From: Anaerolineales bacterium
GTDB taxonomy: Bacteria; Chloroflexota; Anaerolineae; Anaerolineales; E44-bin32
Direction: 5' to 3'
Assembly (NCBI GenBank): GCA_034430595.1
Contig: DAOUEL010000019.1
Coordinates: 14,040 to 78,039, forward strand
Length of the DNA stretch: 64,000 bases
A program made the translations under genes and the position numbers. Below the pieces are notes generated by a model. It was not told the origin of the DNA. It saw only the letters and a list, made by a program, of their open reading frames with translations, and made no database searches. Shown here piece by piece: positions 1 through 10,783 of this stretch (positions are counted from its first letter, which is position 1; each line of letters starts with the position of its first letter).

Positions 1-284
1 ATCGACAGGTGCTGGATGAGCTCTACAGCATGATCGAAGGGAACGAGGAGTTGATCAGCCTGGGTACGATGCGCATGCTTGGCCAGGAGGATATTTTCAC
101 CAAAGCCGCAATCGAAGAATCTCTCCGCAATGCCGATCAGCAGTTTGACAGCTTGCTGCAAACCGGGTTGCCAGAAGACATGCTGACCTGGCTTGGATTG
201 ATGGGGTTTCAGGTGAGGGTCGATGTTCATGGAGACGTGCTTGAGGTGATCCAGCCTGCGGGTCCCGAGATCCCGGATGAATAA
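1..284 (+). CDS. C-terminal fragment of a hypothetical protein (open at the window edge)
   Basis: ORF 9..284 stays open upstream to base 3. No motif recognised. The C-terminus is acidic. Confidence 0.35.
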   Translation, partial: RQVLDELYSMIEGNEELISLGTMRMLGQEDIFTKAAIEESLRNADQQFDSLLQTGLPEDMLTWLGLMGFQVRVDVHGDVLEVIQPAGPEIPDE

Positions 285-386
285 GAGCCAGCACCATATT
301 CATGCGGATCACCGGGGCAGTTTCTGACGTTCTTCAAACATGATGGGATTAGAGTCCATTCGAAGGTCATTGATCAGGAGACGGAT

Positions 387-1223
387 GTGGGCTTGAATGA
401 GTTTATGCTCGATGTTACAGAGGCCACTTTTGACCAGGACGTGCTGCTGCGTTCTCACCAGCAGCCCGTGGTCGTCGATTTCTGGGCCGAATGGTGCGGC
501 CCGTGCAAGATCCTCGGACCGCTGCTTGAGCGCCTGGCGATTGAGGGTGGCGGCAGGTTCGTCCTCGCAAAGCTGAATGTGGACGAGAATCCGAATCTGG
601 CAACCCGCTACGGAGTGCAGGGCATCCCTGCTGTGAAAGCATTTAAAAACGGTCAGATAGAAATGGAGTTCGTCGGTGCTCAACCCGAAGCGCTTGTCAG
701 GCGCTTCATCGATCAAGTTGCGCCGAACGAGCTCATGCTGGGGGTAGAGCAAGGCCGCAGCTTGCTGTTGACGCATCATTGGAGCGAGGCGGAGGCGAAG
801 TTCCGTGCTGTTCTCGCTGAAAACGGATCCAATGCGCCCGCTGCCCTGGGATTAGTCGAGAGCCTGCTGATGCAAGGGCAAGCGCAAGAGGCGCTGGAAA
901 TCCTCGATGATTTCCCACGGGGAAGCGAGTGGGCTTCCGCGGAGAAGCTGATTCCCCTGGCCAGGTTGCTATCTGATGTCGACCAGGACGCGTTGGTCCG
1001 GAACGCCGATCCCCTCCAGGCCGAGCTGCTGCAGGCTGGAAAGCTGATCCTGCTTGATAACTTGCCGGCCGCTATGGATGGCCTGCTCGAAATCCTGCGC
1101 CAGGACAAACATTACCGGGACGATCTCCCGCGCAAAATCATGCTGGCGTTGTTCCAGCTGCTCGGAGATGACGATGAACTCACCCGTCAATACCGTGATG
1201 AGCTGGCCTCTGTGCTCTTCTAG
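387..1223 (+). CDS. Thioredoxin-domain protein with C-terminal TPR-like region (YbbN/CnoX-type co-chaperone)
   Basis: WAEWCGPC active-site motif near the N-terminus, followed by about 170 aa of helical TPR-like repeats. GTG start sits 6 nt after a GGAG. Confidence 0.85.
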   Translation: MGLNEFMLDVTEATFDQDVLLRSHQQPVVVDFWAEWCGPCKILGPLLERLAIEGGGRFVLAKLNVDENPNLATRYGVQGIPAVKAFKNGQIEMEFVGAQPEALVRRFIDQVAPNELMLGVEQGRSLLLTHHWSEAEAKFRAVLAENGSNAPAALGLVESLLMQGQAQEALEILDDFPRGSEWASAEKLIPLARLLSDVDQDALVRNADPLQAELLQAGKLILLDNLPAAMDGLLEILRQDKHYRDDLPRKIMLALFQLLGDDDELTRQYRDELASVLF

Positions 1224-1272
1224 AACTGCTGCCATTCTCATCGACTGACCTGGCAAGCGTATATCAAACGAA

Positions 1273-1300
1273 AGCCGCCCACTGATTCCAGCGGGCGGCT
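1273..1300 (-). terminator. Stem-loop downstream of the minus-strand lipoprotein gene
   Basis: AGCCGCCC..GGGCGGCT inverted repeat. On the minus strand it is followed by TTTCGTTTG. Confidence 0.4.
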
Positions 1301-1321
1301 TGATGTCCCATCCGATGTGTT

Positions 1322-2242
1322 CTATTTTGCTATGGCAGGACCGAGCACGAGACTGCCCCAGGTGGTTGGATCTGCAAGCCTGCGGCCGGTTACGGACGCG
1401 ATCATCGATTGCCAGGCCGCAACGCCGGCCTGGTCATTGTCGGATAAGGCTAGCACAAAGCCGAACTGGTCATTTTCTTTCGGCGTAACGTTGAGGATTG
1501 TCCAGGGTATGCGTGCCTCGAGAATATATCCCTGCCCCTGCTGGCTGGCTTTGACGTTCACACTGGAAAGTGCACCCTCCCGGCTGCGGGGGTACCAGAG
1601 ATAAGCTTCCGGTGCCCGGCTTCCGAAGTTGCCCGGTGAGAGACCAATTTGATAATCATCACTGCTCAAGCTCGTACTGCTTTGATCGCCTGCCAGGTCG
1701 GCGTCGAATTGGATTTCGACATCATCTCCCCGGTAGAGATAGCGTCCGGTTGAAACCTGGGCAAACAAATCGTCAAAGCGCTCCACGGCCAGGTAGAGGT
1801 AGTTAACATCCCATCCGAGCTGGTAGCGAGCCGAAAGATCCGCCGTTCCGGTCCAGCCGGTACTTGCATATGACAGGGGACGGTCAACGCTATATACGCT
1901 CGTGCTCCAATCAGCCAGGCTGCCGTCGATGACGGGCGGTGCACTGAGGTATGCCGCGGTTACTGCCTCTGCCGGGACGGGAGTTTGCGTTGGAGATGGG
2001 CCTGTGGTGGCGGTTGCTGCGCCCAGCTCGGTCGCTGTCGCTGGAAGGCTGGTCGGGGATTCGAGCGGCGGGAGTGTGGGTGGAGGGGGAGTGTTGGTCG
2101 CCGTGGCGGCGAAGATCGCCGTATGGGTCAGATTTGGTGTTGGAAAGGTAAATGGCGTCGGGGATGCAGCACCTGGCAGGGTGCAGGCGCTGAGCGCCAG
2201 TAGTGCCAGGATCGAGATGGATCTGCGGGTTACAGAGTGCAT
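1322..2242 (-). CDS. Secreted lipoprotein with Pro/Thr linker and CBM9/DOMON-like carbohydrate-binding domain
   Basis: Signal peptide with lipobox LALSAC, a P/T-rich linker, and motifs IDGSLADW, YLYLAVERFDD, EIQFD and EARIPW typical of CBM9-like modules (from memory). Confidence 0.6.
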   Translation of the reverse strand: MHSVTRRSISILALLALSACTLPGAASPTPFTFPTPNLTHTAIFAATATNTPPPPTLPPLESPTSLPATATELGAATATTGPSPTQTPVPAEAVTAAYLSAPPVIDGSLADWSTSVYSVDRPLSYASTGWTGTADLSARYQLGWDVNYLYLAVERFDDLFAQVSTGRYLYRGDDVEIQFDADLAGDQSSTSLSSDDYQIGLSPGNFGSRAPEAYLWYPRSREGALSSVNVKASQQGQGYILEARIPWTILNVTPKENDQFGFVLALSDNDQAGVAAWQSMIASVTGRRLADPTTWGSLVLGPAIAK

Positions 2243-2325
2243 GATATCCCCTTCCGGCCAGGAGACCGACCGTGCGCTCGAGTTTGGTCGAGCCAGCTCC
2301 AGGTCTGATCAACACATTCAATCAG

Positions 2326-2409
2326 TGGGGCGGGTGGGAGTCGAACCCACACGCTCTTGCGAGCAGAGGATTTTAAGTCCCCGGCGTCTGCCAATTCCGC
2401 CACCGCCCC
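2326..2409 (-). tRNA. tRNA-Leu (anticodon UAA), type II with long variable arm, no encoded CCA
   Basis: The reverse complement reads GGGGCGG-TG-GCGGAATTGGCAGACGC..CT-TAA-AA..GTGGGTTCGACTCCCAC-CCGCCCC-A. It has a 7-bp acceptor stem and a T-loop TTCGACT. The 3' flank is CTG, not CCA. Confidence 0.9.
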
Positions 2410-2489
2410 GTCCGCTAATTGTAGCGTGCGTTGCATAGCCGTCAAGGCGATCCCCGCAGCGGGCTGGAGGCAGGCTCGAAGCTCCGCTA

Positions 2490-2498
2490 TGCTATAAT
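2490..2498 (+). promoter_or_regulatory. Extended -10 promoter element upstream of secA
   Basis: TGcTATAAT lies 24 nt upstream of the secA ATG, with GGAAAGG as the SD. Confidence 0.35.
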
Positions 2499-2521
2499 CC
2501 CCGCCGGGAAAGGTTTAGACC

Positions 2522-5500
2522 ATGTTTAAACGAATCGCGAGTGTCTTCGGCATTGATTCCGTCGCCAGATTGCTCGATCAATACCGCCATTTCGTAGACC
2601 AGATTAACGACCTCGAACCAGAAATGCAGGCGCTTTCCGATGCCGCGCTGGCAGGCAAGACAGCGGAGTTTGAAAGCCGCCTTGCTGCTGGTGAGACGCT
2701 GGACGATCTGCTGGTCGAGGCTTTTGCCGTTGTGCGTGAGGTGTCCGTTCGTACGATCGGGCTGCGGCATTTTGATGTACAGCTGGTCGGTGGGGTGGTC
2801 TTGCACGAGGGTAAGATCGCCGAAATGAAGACCGGTGAAGGCAAGACGCTGGTCGCGACGCTCCCGATCTACCTGAACGGACTGGAGCGCAAGGGCGTCC
2901 ACCTGGTCACGGTCAATGATTACCTGGCCCGTCGAGATGCACGCTGGATGGGTCCGATTTTTGAGTTCCTGGGCATGCATGTCGGCGTGCTGCAGGAGGC
3001 TGCCCGGACGGAACATGGCCGCAAGGCCTTCGTGTACGATCCGGCGTTCGAATCGACTCAGGAGGATGTCCACCAGCTGCGAATGGTGGATCGCCGTGAA
3101 GCCTATGCGGCGGACGTAACCTACGGCACGAACAACGAATTTGGCTTTGATTACCTGCGGGATAACATGGCCCGCACGATCGAAGCCCGTTCGCAGCGCG
3201 GCCACAATTACGCCATTCTCGACGAGGTCGATAACATTCTCATCGATGAAGCCCGCACGCCGTTGATTATCTCGGGCCCTTCCCATGAGGACCCCGAGCT
3301 TTATCTACAGATGGCGCAGGTCGTGAAGCAGCTGAACCCGGAAGATTATGAGATCAGTGAACGCGATCGTACCATTGCGCTGACCGAATTGGGCGAGGAC
3401 CATGTAGAACAGCTCCTTCAGACGCCGCTGCGGGATCCCGATCGGCCGGAGGACATCACCCCCGAGCAAGCACGTCTGCTCGGGCATCTTGAGCAGGCGC
3501 TGCGGGCTGAATATCTCTTCAAGCGCAATAAGGATTATGTCGTCCAAGCCGGCAAGGTGATCATCGTGGACGAGTTCACCGGCCGCATGATGCCCGGCCG
3601 GCGCTGGTCCGATGGTCTGCACCAGGCGGTTGAGGCAAAAGAAGGCGCCCGGGTGCGCCAGGAAAACGTCACCTACGCCACGATCACTCTGCAGAATTAC
3701 TTCCGCATGTACGAAAAGCTGGCTGGCATGACCGGTACAGCCGTGACCGAATCGGAAGAGTTCAGCAAGATCTACGACGTGGAAGTTCTCCCACTTCCAA
3801 CCAACCTCGAATTCATTGCGCTCAGTCCCGAAACCGACCTGGTTGAGGTTGAATACAGCGAGGACGGGAACCGCTTCCAATACTACGCACGCACGGAGGA
3901 CTCGGATCAAGCACCGGTCTTCTGGCGCAGGAAAGACTACCCCGACGTCGTCTACCGGACGGAAGAGGCTAAGCTGCGCTCGGTCACGATGGAAATCCTG
4001 CGGCGGCATTTGATCGGCCAGCCGTTGCTGGTTGGCACGACTTCCGTTGAGCTTTCCGAAAGACTCTCCAGCAGGCTACGGGCCGAGGCGTTGCAGAATT
4101 TAATGAACGTCACGCTCCTGCGGGATCTCTATCTCGAACGGCACGACCTATCCGACGATGGCATGCGGATCGATGAACTCGAGCCGCTTAATGCCGGCCT
4201 GGATGAGTTGAAGAATTCTGTGCTCCGCCCGATGGCGCGTGAGCTGGATGTCTCGCTCAACCCAACTCGCGAGGAAAACGTCGCGCGCCTGCTCCAACTG
4301 CTCGAACTGGAGCCCACCTATGCCGAGCGCCTGGTGGGGGCTTTGAACGGCGGCATCCCCCATAACGTGCTCAATGCAAAGAAGCATGATGAGGAGTCGG
4401 CGATCATCGCCTGGGCCGGGTCCTATGGCGCGGTCACGATTGCGACCAACATGGCTGGCCGCGGTGTCGACATCAAACTAGGCGGGGAGATCGCCGAGGA
4501 AATCCTGGCGGCTGTCAACCGTGTCCTGCGGCGGGTGGGCATTGATGATCCCGAGAACCTCAGCATGCGGGAGCGCCTGGAGGCGCTCGAAAGTGCAGAT
4601 GAAGAGGCGATCGGCATTTACCACGCTGAGGTGAGCCAGCTGCGCACCTTTATGGAGGAAGGACAGAAGGTGCGGGAGGCCGGGGGTCTGCACGTCGTCG
4701 GTTCGGAGCGTCACGAGTCACGGCGAATTGACAACCAGCTGCGCGGCCGAGCCGCACGCCAGGGGGATCCGGGTTCTTCGCAGTTTTTCCTCTCCCTCGA
4801 AGATGAATTGATGCGCCTTTTCGGTGGCGCCCAGGTCTCAAGCTTGATGCAGCGTCTCAACATTGATGATGCAACGCCGATCGCGCACGGCATCGTGAAC
4901 CGCACAATCGAGCAAGCGCAGACCAGGGTTGAGGGTGCGAACTTCGACACCCGCAAGCATCTACTCGAGTACGATGATGTGTTAAACCAGCAGCGAGAAG
5001 TGTTCTACGGTCAGCGCAACCGGGTCTTCGCAAAAGATGACATGACGGAAGACCTGTACCCCATGGTTGAGCAAGAGGTCTCCCAGCACGTGCAAATGGC
5101 CTTCGAAGATCCCGAAGGACCGTGGAAGCTGCTTGCATGGTTGGAAGAGATTCAGCCCACCATCGGACTGGAAGGAGATCGACCCTACCCATCCTTCATG
5201 ATCCAGCTCATCCTTGACACGCTGGACGGTATCGATCAACCCGATCCGCTCAAGGCTGCGCTGCTCGAACTCGCCCGGCGCAGCCTGGAAACGAACACCG
5301 CACATTTGCGGCTGGTGATCGAAGATCAATTTGCACGTTCGCTGGAGCGCCTGGACGAACAGGTGCGCAGCCGGGGTGATACGGCCGAAATGGCGGTGGA
5401 AGCAACGATCATGGAAGCCGAAGATTCGGGCCAAACGGTGGACACCGGTCGTTTGTTGAGTGCAGTTGAATCGGCCGCCGGTTTACGAGTCCAGATGGAT

Positions 5501-6544
5501 GAGGCCGGGTTGCAGCATCTGCGGGAGGAACCGCGTTTATTCCTTGACCGGGTGCCAGACCTCATCGAATCAAGCATGGGCTTGCGCATCTGGGCCGGCC
5601 TGGTCCAGGCCGTTGAACGAAGACTGGGAGAGGAGCTGGGACTCGAGCCGACCTTGCAGCAACCGATCGATTGGGACGCAGCAGAATCTGCCTTAATGGA
5701 GGCCTTCGACCGTATCGCCGGCGCCCGCGATGAGCGCCTGCTGGCAGAGGTCGATACGGACCTGCACAATGCCCTACGGCGTGAAGCGGAAATCGACCGG
5801 AACCTGAAAACCCGTCTGCTGGTCCAGATGAGCTACGGCCAGCGCAGCTTCTTCGACCGCAAGACCCACCAGCGGCAGTCTGTCCTTGTGGGCCGGTTGA
5901 CCTATCCCTTCTACGCTGCCGAGTTGATTGAGGACGAGGAGCCAACTGCGATCGAAGAGCGTGTTCTGCGGCATCTTGATGCTGCTCGGACTACGATCCA
6001 GTCCGCTCTTGGAAACGCCGACCTGGGGCGTATCGCAGGCACCCGTATCGATCAGCTTGACGAACGTATCCAACGGGCACTTACCGACGGGGTCAATACA
6101 CCGTTTCTTGAAACGCAGGAGCAATCGCAAACCATCACCTCCCTCGGGAACGATGCACAGGCAGCCTTGGCTCAAGCACTTGGCGCCCAGGCACTTATGC
6201 GGGCATACCGCGAGCTGTTCCTGTCGGTCGCCGACCAATTATGGGTCGAATATCTAACCCAGATGGAAGCGCTGCGTACTTCCATCGGGCTCGAAGCCTA
6301 CGGTCAGCGCGATCCACTTGTCCAGTACAAAAGCCGGGCATTCGATCTGTTTAAGGACCTGCTAAACACAATCCGTGCCGGTGTGGTATCCCGCATGTAC
6401 CGCCTGCGCGTGGCTGCTCCGGCCCAAACGGCCTCGACTCAATCCGTCCAGGCACCGCAGGCCGCACAGCGGGTCGCGGCATCGGGAAATGGTGGCTCTG
6501 GCGGGTCGAAGAGTTCGCACAAACGTCGCCGAAGACGACGTTGA
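2522..6544 (+). CDS. secA: Preprotein translocase ATPase SecA (unusually long, 1340 aa)
   Basis: Canonical SecA N-terminus with MKTGEGKT Walker [43 protein letters not shown] and [14 protein letters not shown]. Large insertions are present, and the tail is poly-Arg instead of a Zn finger. Confidence 0.95.
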   Translation: MFKRIASVFGIDSVARLLDQYRHFVDQINDLEPEMQALSDAALAGKTAEFESRLAAGETLDDLLVEAFAVVREVSVRTIGLRHFDVQLVGGVVLHEGKIAEMKTGEGKTLVATLPIYLNGLERKGVHLVTVNDYLARRDARWMGPIFEFLGMHVGVLQEAARTEHGRKAFVYDPAFESTQEDVHQLRMVDRREAYAADVTYGTNNEFGFDYLRDNMARTIEARSQRGHNYAILDEVDNILIDEARTPLIISGPSHEDPELYLQMAQVVKQLNPEDYEISERDRTIALTELGEDHVEQLLQTPLRDPDRPEDITPEQARLLGHLEQALRAEYLFKRNKDYVVQAGKVIIVDEFTGRMMPGRRWSDGLHQAVEAKEGARVRQENVTYATITLQNYFRMYEKLAGMTGTAVTESEEFSKIYDVEVLPLPTNLEFIALSPETDLVEVEYSEDGNRFQYYARTEDSDQAPVFWRRKDYPDVVYRTEEAKLRSVTMEILRRHLIGQPLLVGTTSVELSERLSSRLRAEALQNLMNVTLLRDLYLERHDLSDDGMRIDELEPLNAGLDELKNSVLRPMARELDVSLNPTREENVARLLQLLELEPTYAERLVGALNGGIPHNVLNAKKHDEESAIIAWAGSYGAVTIATNMAGRGVDIKLGGEIAEEILAAVNRVLRRVGIDDPENLSMRERLEALESADEEAIGIYHAEVSQLRTFMEEGQKVREAGGLHVVGSERHESRRIDNQLRGRAARQGDPGSSQFFLSLEDELMRLFGGAQVSSLMQRLNIDDATPIAHGIVNRTIEQAQTRVEGANFDTRKHLLEYDDVLNQQREVFYGQRNRVFAKDDMTEDLYPMVEQEVSQHVQMAFEDPEGPWKLLAWLEEIQPTIGLEGDRPYPSFMIQLILDTLDGIDQPDPLKAALLELARRSLETNTAHLRLVIEDQFARSLERLDEQVRSRGDTAEMAVEATIMEAEDSGQTVDTGRLLSAVESAAGLRVQMDEAGLQHLREEPRLFLDRVPDLIESSMGLRIWAGLVQAVERRLGEELGLEPTLQQPIDWDAAESALMEAFDRIAGARDERLLAEVDTDLHNALRREAEIDRNLKTRLLVQMSYGQRSFFDRKTHQRQSVLVGRLTYPFYAAELIEDEEPTAIEERVLRHLDAARTTIQSALGNADLGRIAGTRIDQLDERIQRALTDGVNTPFLETQEQSQTITSLGNDAQAALAQALGAQALMRAYRELFLSVADQLWVEYLTQMEALRTSIGLEAYGQRDPLVQYKSRAFDLFKDLLNTIRAGVVSRMYRLRVAAPAQTASTQSVQAPQAAQRVAASGNGGSGGSKSSHKRRRRRR

Positions 6545-6645
6545 GCTCCAGCTTCTATCTACGAGGTGGCAGCACGATCAACTCCTCCCGGTTAAAGCCT
6601 GAATGAGACGAAAATTGCGGCAATTTCCCCTCGACGATAGGTCCG

Positions 6646-7689
6646 ATGGAATTAAGCGCTAGTTTCCACAGCTGGCCCAAGGTGGACCTGCATCGTCACC
6701 TGGAGGGGTCTTTACGCCTGTCAAGCTTGCAGGAGCTCGTGCAGGAGCACGCCGTGCTTGATGAGATTGATCTCCAGGCGCTGCCGCAAAACGTTACGGT
6801 TCAAGAAGGCGACCCACATGAGCCAGAGTTCTTCCTCTCGCGCTTCGAAACATTGCGCAAGTTCTTCCTCGATCGGCAAACGATTGAACGGCTGACCGGC
6901 GAGGTGATCGAGGACGCCGCCGCAGATGGTGTGCGCTACCTCGAACTTCGATTTACGCCTGCCGCGCTCGCCTCCCAGGGAAATTTTACCTTCGAAGAAG
7001 TCAGCGACTGGGTGATTTCAGCTGCATTATCCGCAGCCGAAATTCACTCCATCCAGGTCCAATTCCTGCTCAGCCTCAACCGGCACGAACCCCTGGCCCT
7101 GGCCGCACAGGTGGCGGAAGTTGCCGCCGGGCTGCGAACGCGAGGGGTCGTTGGACTGGACCTGGCAGGTGATGAGCATAATCATCCCGCCAGACCATTC
7201 GCCCCGGTTCTGGAGCGAGCCCGCTCCGCGGGACTGAATATCTCGGTTCACGCGGGTGAATGGGGGGATGTGGACGAGTTATCGGTGGCAATCCGGGAAC
7301 TCGGTGCTCGTCGAATCGGGCATGGCGTACGCATTTTGGAGGATGAGGCGTTGCTGCGCGAGGCCCGAGAATCGGAGGTATGCTTCGAGATCAGCCTGAC
7401 GAGCAATCAGCGCACCGGCGTGGTTTCTGACTTGAGGTTGCACCCGCTGCCGGAGATGCTTGAGGCGGGGCTGCAGGTTGCGTTGACAACGGACGACCCC
7501 GCGATCTTCGACATAACACTCTCGGACGAATACGGCCTTGCGCAGCGGTATTTGAACCTCTCACCAGAAACTCTAAAAGGGATGACCCTCAGCGCAGTCC
7601 AGGCGAGCTTCCTTGAGCCGAAACCGAAGCGGATCTTGGAGCAGCAGTTCATCGCGGAATTCTGGGGAGAGCAGGCAGCTGATGATTGA
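6646..7689 (+). CDS. add: Adenosine deaminase
   Basis: Metal-binding motifs KVDLHRHLEGS, SVHAGE and TTDDP. Length is 347 aa. Confidence 0.9.
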   Translation: MELSASFHSWPKVDLHRHLEGSLRLSSLQELVQEHAVLDEIDLQALPQNVTVQEGDPHEPEFFLSRFETLRKFFLDRQTIERLTGEVIEDAAADGVRYLELRFTPAALASQGNFTFEEVSDWVISAALSAAEIHSIQVQFLLSLNRHEPLALAAQVAEVAAGLRTRGVVGLDLAGDEHNHPARPFAPVLERARSAGLNISVHAGEWGDVDELSVAIRELGARRIGHGVRILEDEALLREARESEVCFEISLTSNQRTGVVSDLRLHPLPEMLEAGLQVALTTDDPAIFDITLSDEYGLAQRYLNLSPETLKGMTLSAVQASFLEPKPKRILEQQFIAEFWGEQAADD

Positions 7690-8545
7690 GATTGACGATC
7701 TTTCATTTGCCGTTGTCAGCGACGGAACGGTGTGGGCAGATGCAGGCGGTCCATTCGGACTCGTACCACGCGCACTCTACTCCCGCTACCTTGAACCGAA
7801 TTCAGAAAACCGCATCCCGATGACACTGCAGTGCTTGCTGGTCCGTTCGGAAGGCAGGACGATTCTGATCGACACTGGATTGGGCACAAAACTCACGCCC
7901 GAAGCGGTGGAGCAGTGGGGTTTGCAGCGGCCGCAGGGCACGTTAATCGATGATCTGGCGCGGCAGGGTGTACCGGCGGAGGCGGTGGACATCGTCCTCA
8001 ATACGCACCTGCACGCGGATCACTGCAGCGGAAATACTCACTTCGTCAACGGGGAGCTGACGGCGTCATTTCCAAACGCCGAATATTGGGTTCAACGTCT
8101 CGAGTGGGCAGAGGCTTCCCACCCTGACGCAAGAACGCGCGGCACCTATTACGGCGTAAATTTCAACCTTCTTCAGCGGCAGGGGCGCCTGCGGCTGCTG
8201 CATGGCGATACACAGGTCACGGAGCATATCCGCTGTGTTGTAACACCCGGGCATACCCGGGGGCACCAATCGATCATGCTTTCGAGCGGGAACTGGCGTG
8301 GTTTATACGTGGGCGATATGGCATCCTACGCCGTGCACATGCAGCGCACAGCCTGGTTGACATCCTACGATGTCCTGCCGCTTGAGAACATCCGCTCCAA
8401 AGAGCGCTGGCAACGATGGGCGCTCGAGCATGATGCCTGGCTGTTCTTCGAGCATGACCCTAACGTGAAGGCCGCCCGCCTGATTGAGCAAGGCGGACGG
8501 CTGGGGATCGACGTAATCGAGCTCGATAAGAAGGCTACTGGGTAG
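7682..8545 (+). CDS. MBL-fold metallo-hydrolase
   Basis: HLHADHCSGN (the HxHxDH motif). I chose the ATG at 7682, which overlaps the add stop, rather than the 7613 ORF start that lies inside add. Confidence 0.8.
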   Translation: MIEIDDLSFAVVSDGTVWADAGGPFGLVPRALYSRYLEPNSENRIPMTLQCLLVRSEGRTILIDTGLGTKLTPEAVEQWGLQRPQGTLIDDLARQGVPAEAVDIVLNTHLHADHCSGNTHFVNGELTASFPNAEYWVQRLEWAEASHPDARTRGTYYGVNFNLLQRQGRLRLLHGDTQVTEHIRCVVTPGHTRGHQSIMLSSGNWRGLYVGDMASYAVHMQRTAWLTSYDVLPLENIRSKERWQRWALEHDAWLFFEHDPNVKAARLIEQGGRLGIDVIELDKKATG

Positions 8546-9284
8546 ATTCCCAGTCAGCGACAGCTTCCCGGATCAAGGCCTTGATCTCGGGGTTAGGGAC
8601 ATCGGCGATCTCGTAACTGTTAACCCCGATCAGTACCTTCGCTATACCTCCCGGCCCTTCCACCAGGCGAACCGCAAGGTCGGATCGACCGGTGGCTTCC
8701 ACTTTCACCTGCAGGATGTCGTTAATCTGTTCGATCATGCTGGCCGGCTTTCGGTCTGGCACTTCCGTCTCCCGCACCACGCTGGGGGGACGCACCGTTT
8801 CCGGCTTTTGAACCCACGTGCTCAGATCCCGGGCAGCGTATTCCAGCCGGGTCCAATACCGGGAGGCTTTTAGCGCCTCAGGGTCGTCGAACTCCTCGTC
8901 GCCAATTTTTACGATCAATGAACCGCTGACCTCGTCGCGCAGCAGCGTGGCGACCTGGATTCGCGGGCCTGCAGCTGGCATGCGTGGGGGAGGGGGTTCC
9001 TTACTTTCAACAGGAGAATCTGGTTCATCCTCTTCGATCTGGGGTGAATCCACGGATTCCTCCGCAGCATCCATGGCAGGGCTTGGCAAAGGAGCGGGCA
9101 GATCCTCATCATCGGATTTTTCCGAGGTGAAACCTTCAATCACGGCGGGTTCAGGCACCTGTTCTGCTTCCGAACCCTCCTCCCCAGAATCCTGCCTCCG
9201 GTTGTTAAGGATCATATAGGCCAGAATCGCAAGTCCTATGCCGAATGCGATCAGAACCAGGCCTACGAGAAGCTGATTGTTCAT
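8535..9284 (-). CDS. Membrane-anchored hypothetical protein (N-terminal TM, acidic/Pro-rich linker, duplicated C-terminal module)
   Basis: TM segment LLVGLVLIAFGIGLAILAYMIL. The D/E/P-rich linker is followed by two similar modules (LIVKIGDEEFDDPE.. and KVLIGVNSYEIADVPNPE..). The start overlaps the mutM stop (ATGA). Confidence 0.6.
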   Translation of the reverse strand: MNNQLLVGLVLIAFGIGLAILAYMILNNRRQDSGEEGSEAEQVPEPAVIEGFTSEKSDDEDLPAPLPSPAMDAAEESVDSPQIEEDEPDSPVESKEPPPPRMPAAGPRIQVATLLRDEVSGSLIVKIGDEEFDDPEALKASRYWTRLEYAARDLSTWVQKPETVRPPSVVRETEVPDRKPASMIEQINDILQVKVEATGRSDLAVRLVEGPGGIAKVLIGVNSYEIADVPNPEIKALIREAVADWESTQ

Positions 9285-10105
9285 GTTTCAACCTCCGGTT
9301 GACAATGGACACATAAGTGCGTGCCACGCTGGCCAACGACAATGCGTGTGATTGTGGAACCACATTCGGGGCAAGACTCACCTTCGCGCCCGTAAACTCG
9401 GAAGTGGTTCTGAAATTCACCGCCTCGGTAAACCCAATCGATGCTGGCACCATTATGCTTTAAACCCGCCAACAGCGCTTCTCGTACTCCATGCCAGAGA
9501 GCATGCACTTCATCTTCCCCCAGCGAGTCGCTGCGACGCAGCGGGTGAAGCCCGGCGATATGAAGTGCCTCATCGGCGTAGATGTTGCCGATTCCGGCGA
9601 TAAAGGATTGGTCGAGCAGGAGCGGTTTCAGCATCCGGTGGTGATCGGCCAGAAGTTCGGCCAGGAGCTTGGGCGTAAATCCTGCTTCGAGGGGCTCTGG
9701 TCCGAGCGAACCCAGAAGCTGCTCTTTATCAGGGACAAGTGAAACCCGGCCGAATTTGCGCGCATCGCTGAAGCGAAGATCCCAGCCGTTATCGAGGTGG
9801 AAGCGGGTATGGTCGAAACGACCGGGCTCCTGGTCGGTGGGAGCAAGGAGTAAATCTCCGCTCATTCGCAGATGGATGAGAAGCGACCCTTCGTCCAGCG
9901 GGAAGACCAGGTACTTCCCCCGGCGCGTAACGTCGAGGATGCGCCGATTTTGAATGCGCTTCCGGAAGGTCGGCAGCCTTGGGCTGGTGAAATGACGCGG
10001 CCAGCGTGTACTCACACCGATGAAGCGAAGACCGGGAAGTGCCGGTCCAAGAACGCCTTCGCGCAGGGTGCGGGCGATCGTCTCGACTTCGGGCAGTTCG
10101 GGCAT
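9281..10105 (-). CDS. mutM: Formamidopyrimidine-DNA glycosylase
   Basis: MPELPEVE N-terminus (catalytic Pro2) and a C-terminal zinc finger CPECG..CVHCQ. The start is trimmed from 10144 to 10105 so that Pro is residue 2. Confidence 0.9.
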   Translation of the reverse strand: MPELPEVETIARTLREGVLGPALPGLRFIGVSTRWPRHFTSPRLPTFRKRIQNRRILDVTRRGKYLVFPLDEGSLLIHLRMSGDLLLAPTDQEPGRFDHTRFHLDNGWDLRFSDARKFGRVSLVPDKEQLLGSLGPEPLEAGFTPKLLAELLADHHRMLKPLLLDQSFIAGIGNIYADEALHIAGLHPLRRSDSLGEDEVHALWHGVREALLAGLKHNGASIDWVYRGGEFQNHFRVYGREGESCPECGSTITRIVVGQRGTHLCVHCQPEVET

Positions 10106-10146
10106 CGCCGGGATTATACCTTCCCTGGGGATGCTGGCCAACAATC

Positions 10147-10707
10147 TCAGTCTACCCTGATCAAATCCCGCAGTTGATCGAGCTTTGCTGGACCAATGCC
10201 TGAGACGGCAAGCAGTTCGTCAACCGAATTGAACAAGCCGTGTTCATCTCTATATTCGACGATTTTCTGCGCCAGGCTGGGCCCGATGCCGGGCAGGGTT
10301 TCAAGTTCAGAGGGGTCAGCCGAGTTGATATCCAGTTGAATTTGAGGGTCGTCCATCAAGGCCGGCGCTGCTGAAGCCAGGCTGGAGTTCGCTTCAGGCA
10401 TGAAGGGAATGTACAACCTTTGGCCATCTTCGAGTTCGGAGGCTAAATTTACACGATCCAGGTCAGCCCTTTCCTGTGACCCCCCGGCCGCCTGCAGAGC
10501 GTCGAAACCGATGGCATGTCTCGGTAAGGTATAAACTCCGGGGTTGACCACTGCTCCTGCAACATGGACTTGCAGTGGGCCGGGAGTGGGAGCAGGATGA
10601 AGCTCAATCGGTAATTGTCGGCGGGGGGAAAGCAGGAGCAATAATAATCCTGCTGCTGCGAGACCCGTCAGGAGGCCGGCGGTGTAGGTCGTCCAGCGTT
10701 CAATCAT
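10147..10707 (-). CDS. comEA: ComEA-like DNA-binding competence protein (TM + SLBB + tandem HhH)
   Basis: N-terminal TM, and C-terminal INSADPSELETLPGIGPSLAQKIVEYR..ELLAVSGIGPAKL helix-hairpin-helix pair. Confidence 0.8.
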   Translation of the reverse strand: MIERWTTYTAGLLTGLAAAGLLLLLLSPRRQLPIELHPAPTPGPLQVHVAGAVVNPGVYTLPRHAIGFDALQAAGGSQERADLDRVNLASELEDGQRLYIPFMPEANSSLASAAPALMDDPQIQLDINSADPSELETLPGIGPSLAQKIVEYRDEHGLFNSVDELLAVSGIGPAKLDQLRDLIRVD

Positions 10708-10771
10708 TTCGATCCCCCTGTGTGAACTCCAGATCTATTGTATATCGAGCGAGCCCAAGGTTCAAAGCAGT

Positions 10772-10777
10772 TATAAT
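10772..10777 (+). promoter_or_regulatory. -10 box (TATAAT) placed for a leaderless transcript
   Basis: TATAAT is followed by only 6 nt (ctgcct) before the ATG at 10784. There is no SD. Confidence 0.4.
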
Positions 10778-10783
10778 CTGCCT

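Noticed and set aside
7613-7681. N-terminal extensions offered by the ORF track. Affected ORF starts include 7613, 10144, 11260, 21205, 22943, 24291, 31144, 32754, 37223, 41188, 45212, 46146, 50573, 51495, 52483, 59310 and 60043.
   Set aside because: The extensions overlap the preceding gene or a promoter and are Arg/Pro-rich. Internal starts give canonical family N-termini, often with an SD or an ATGA overlap, so the starts were trimmed.
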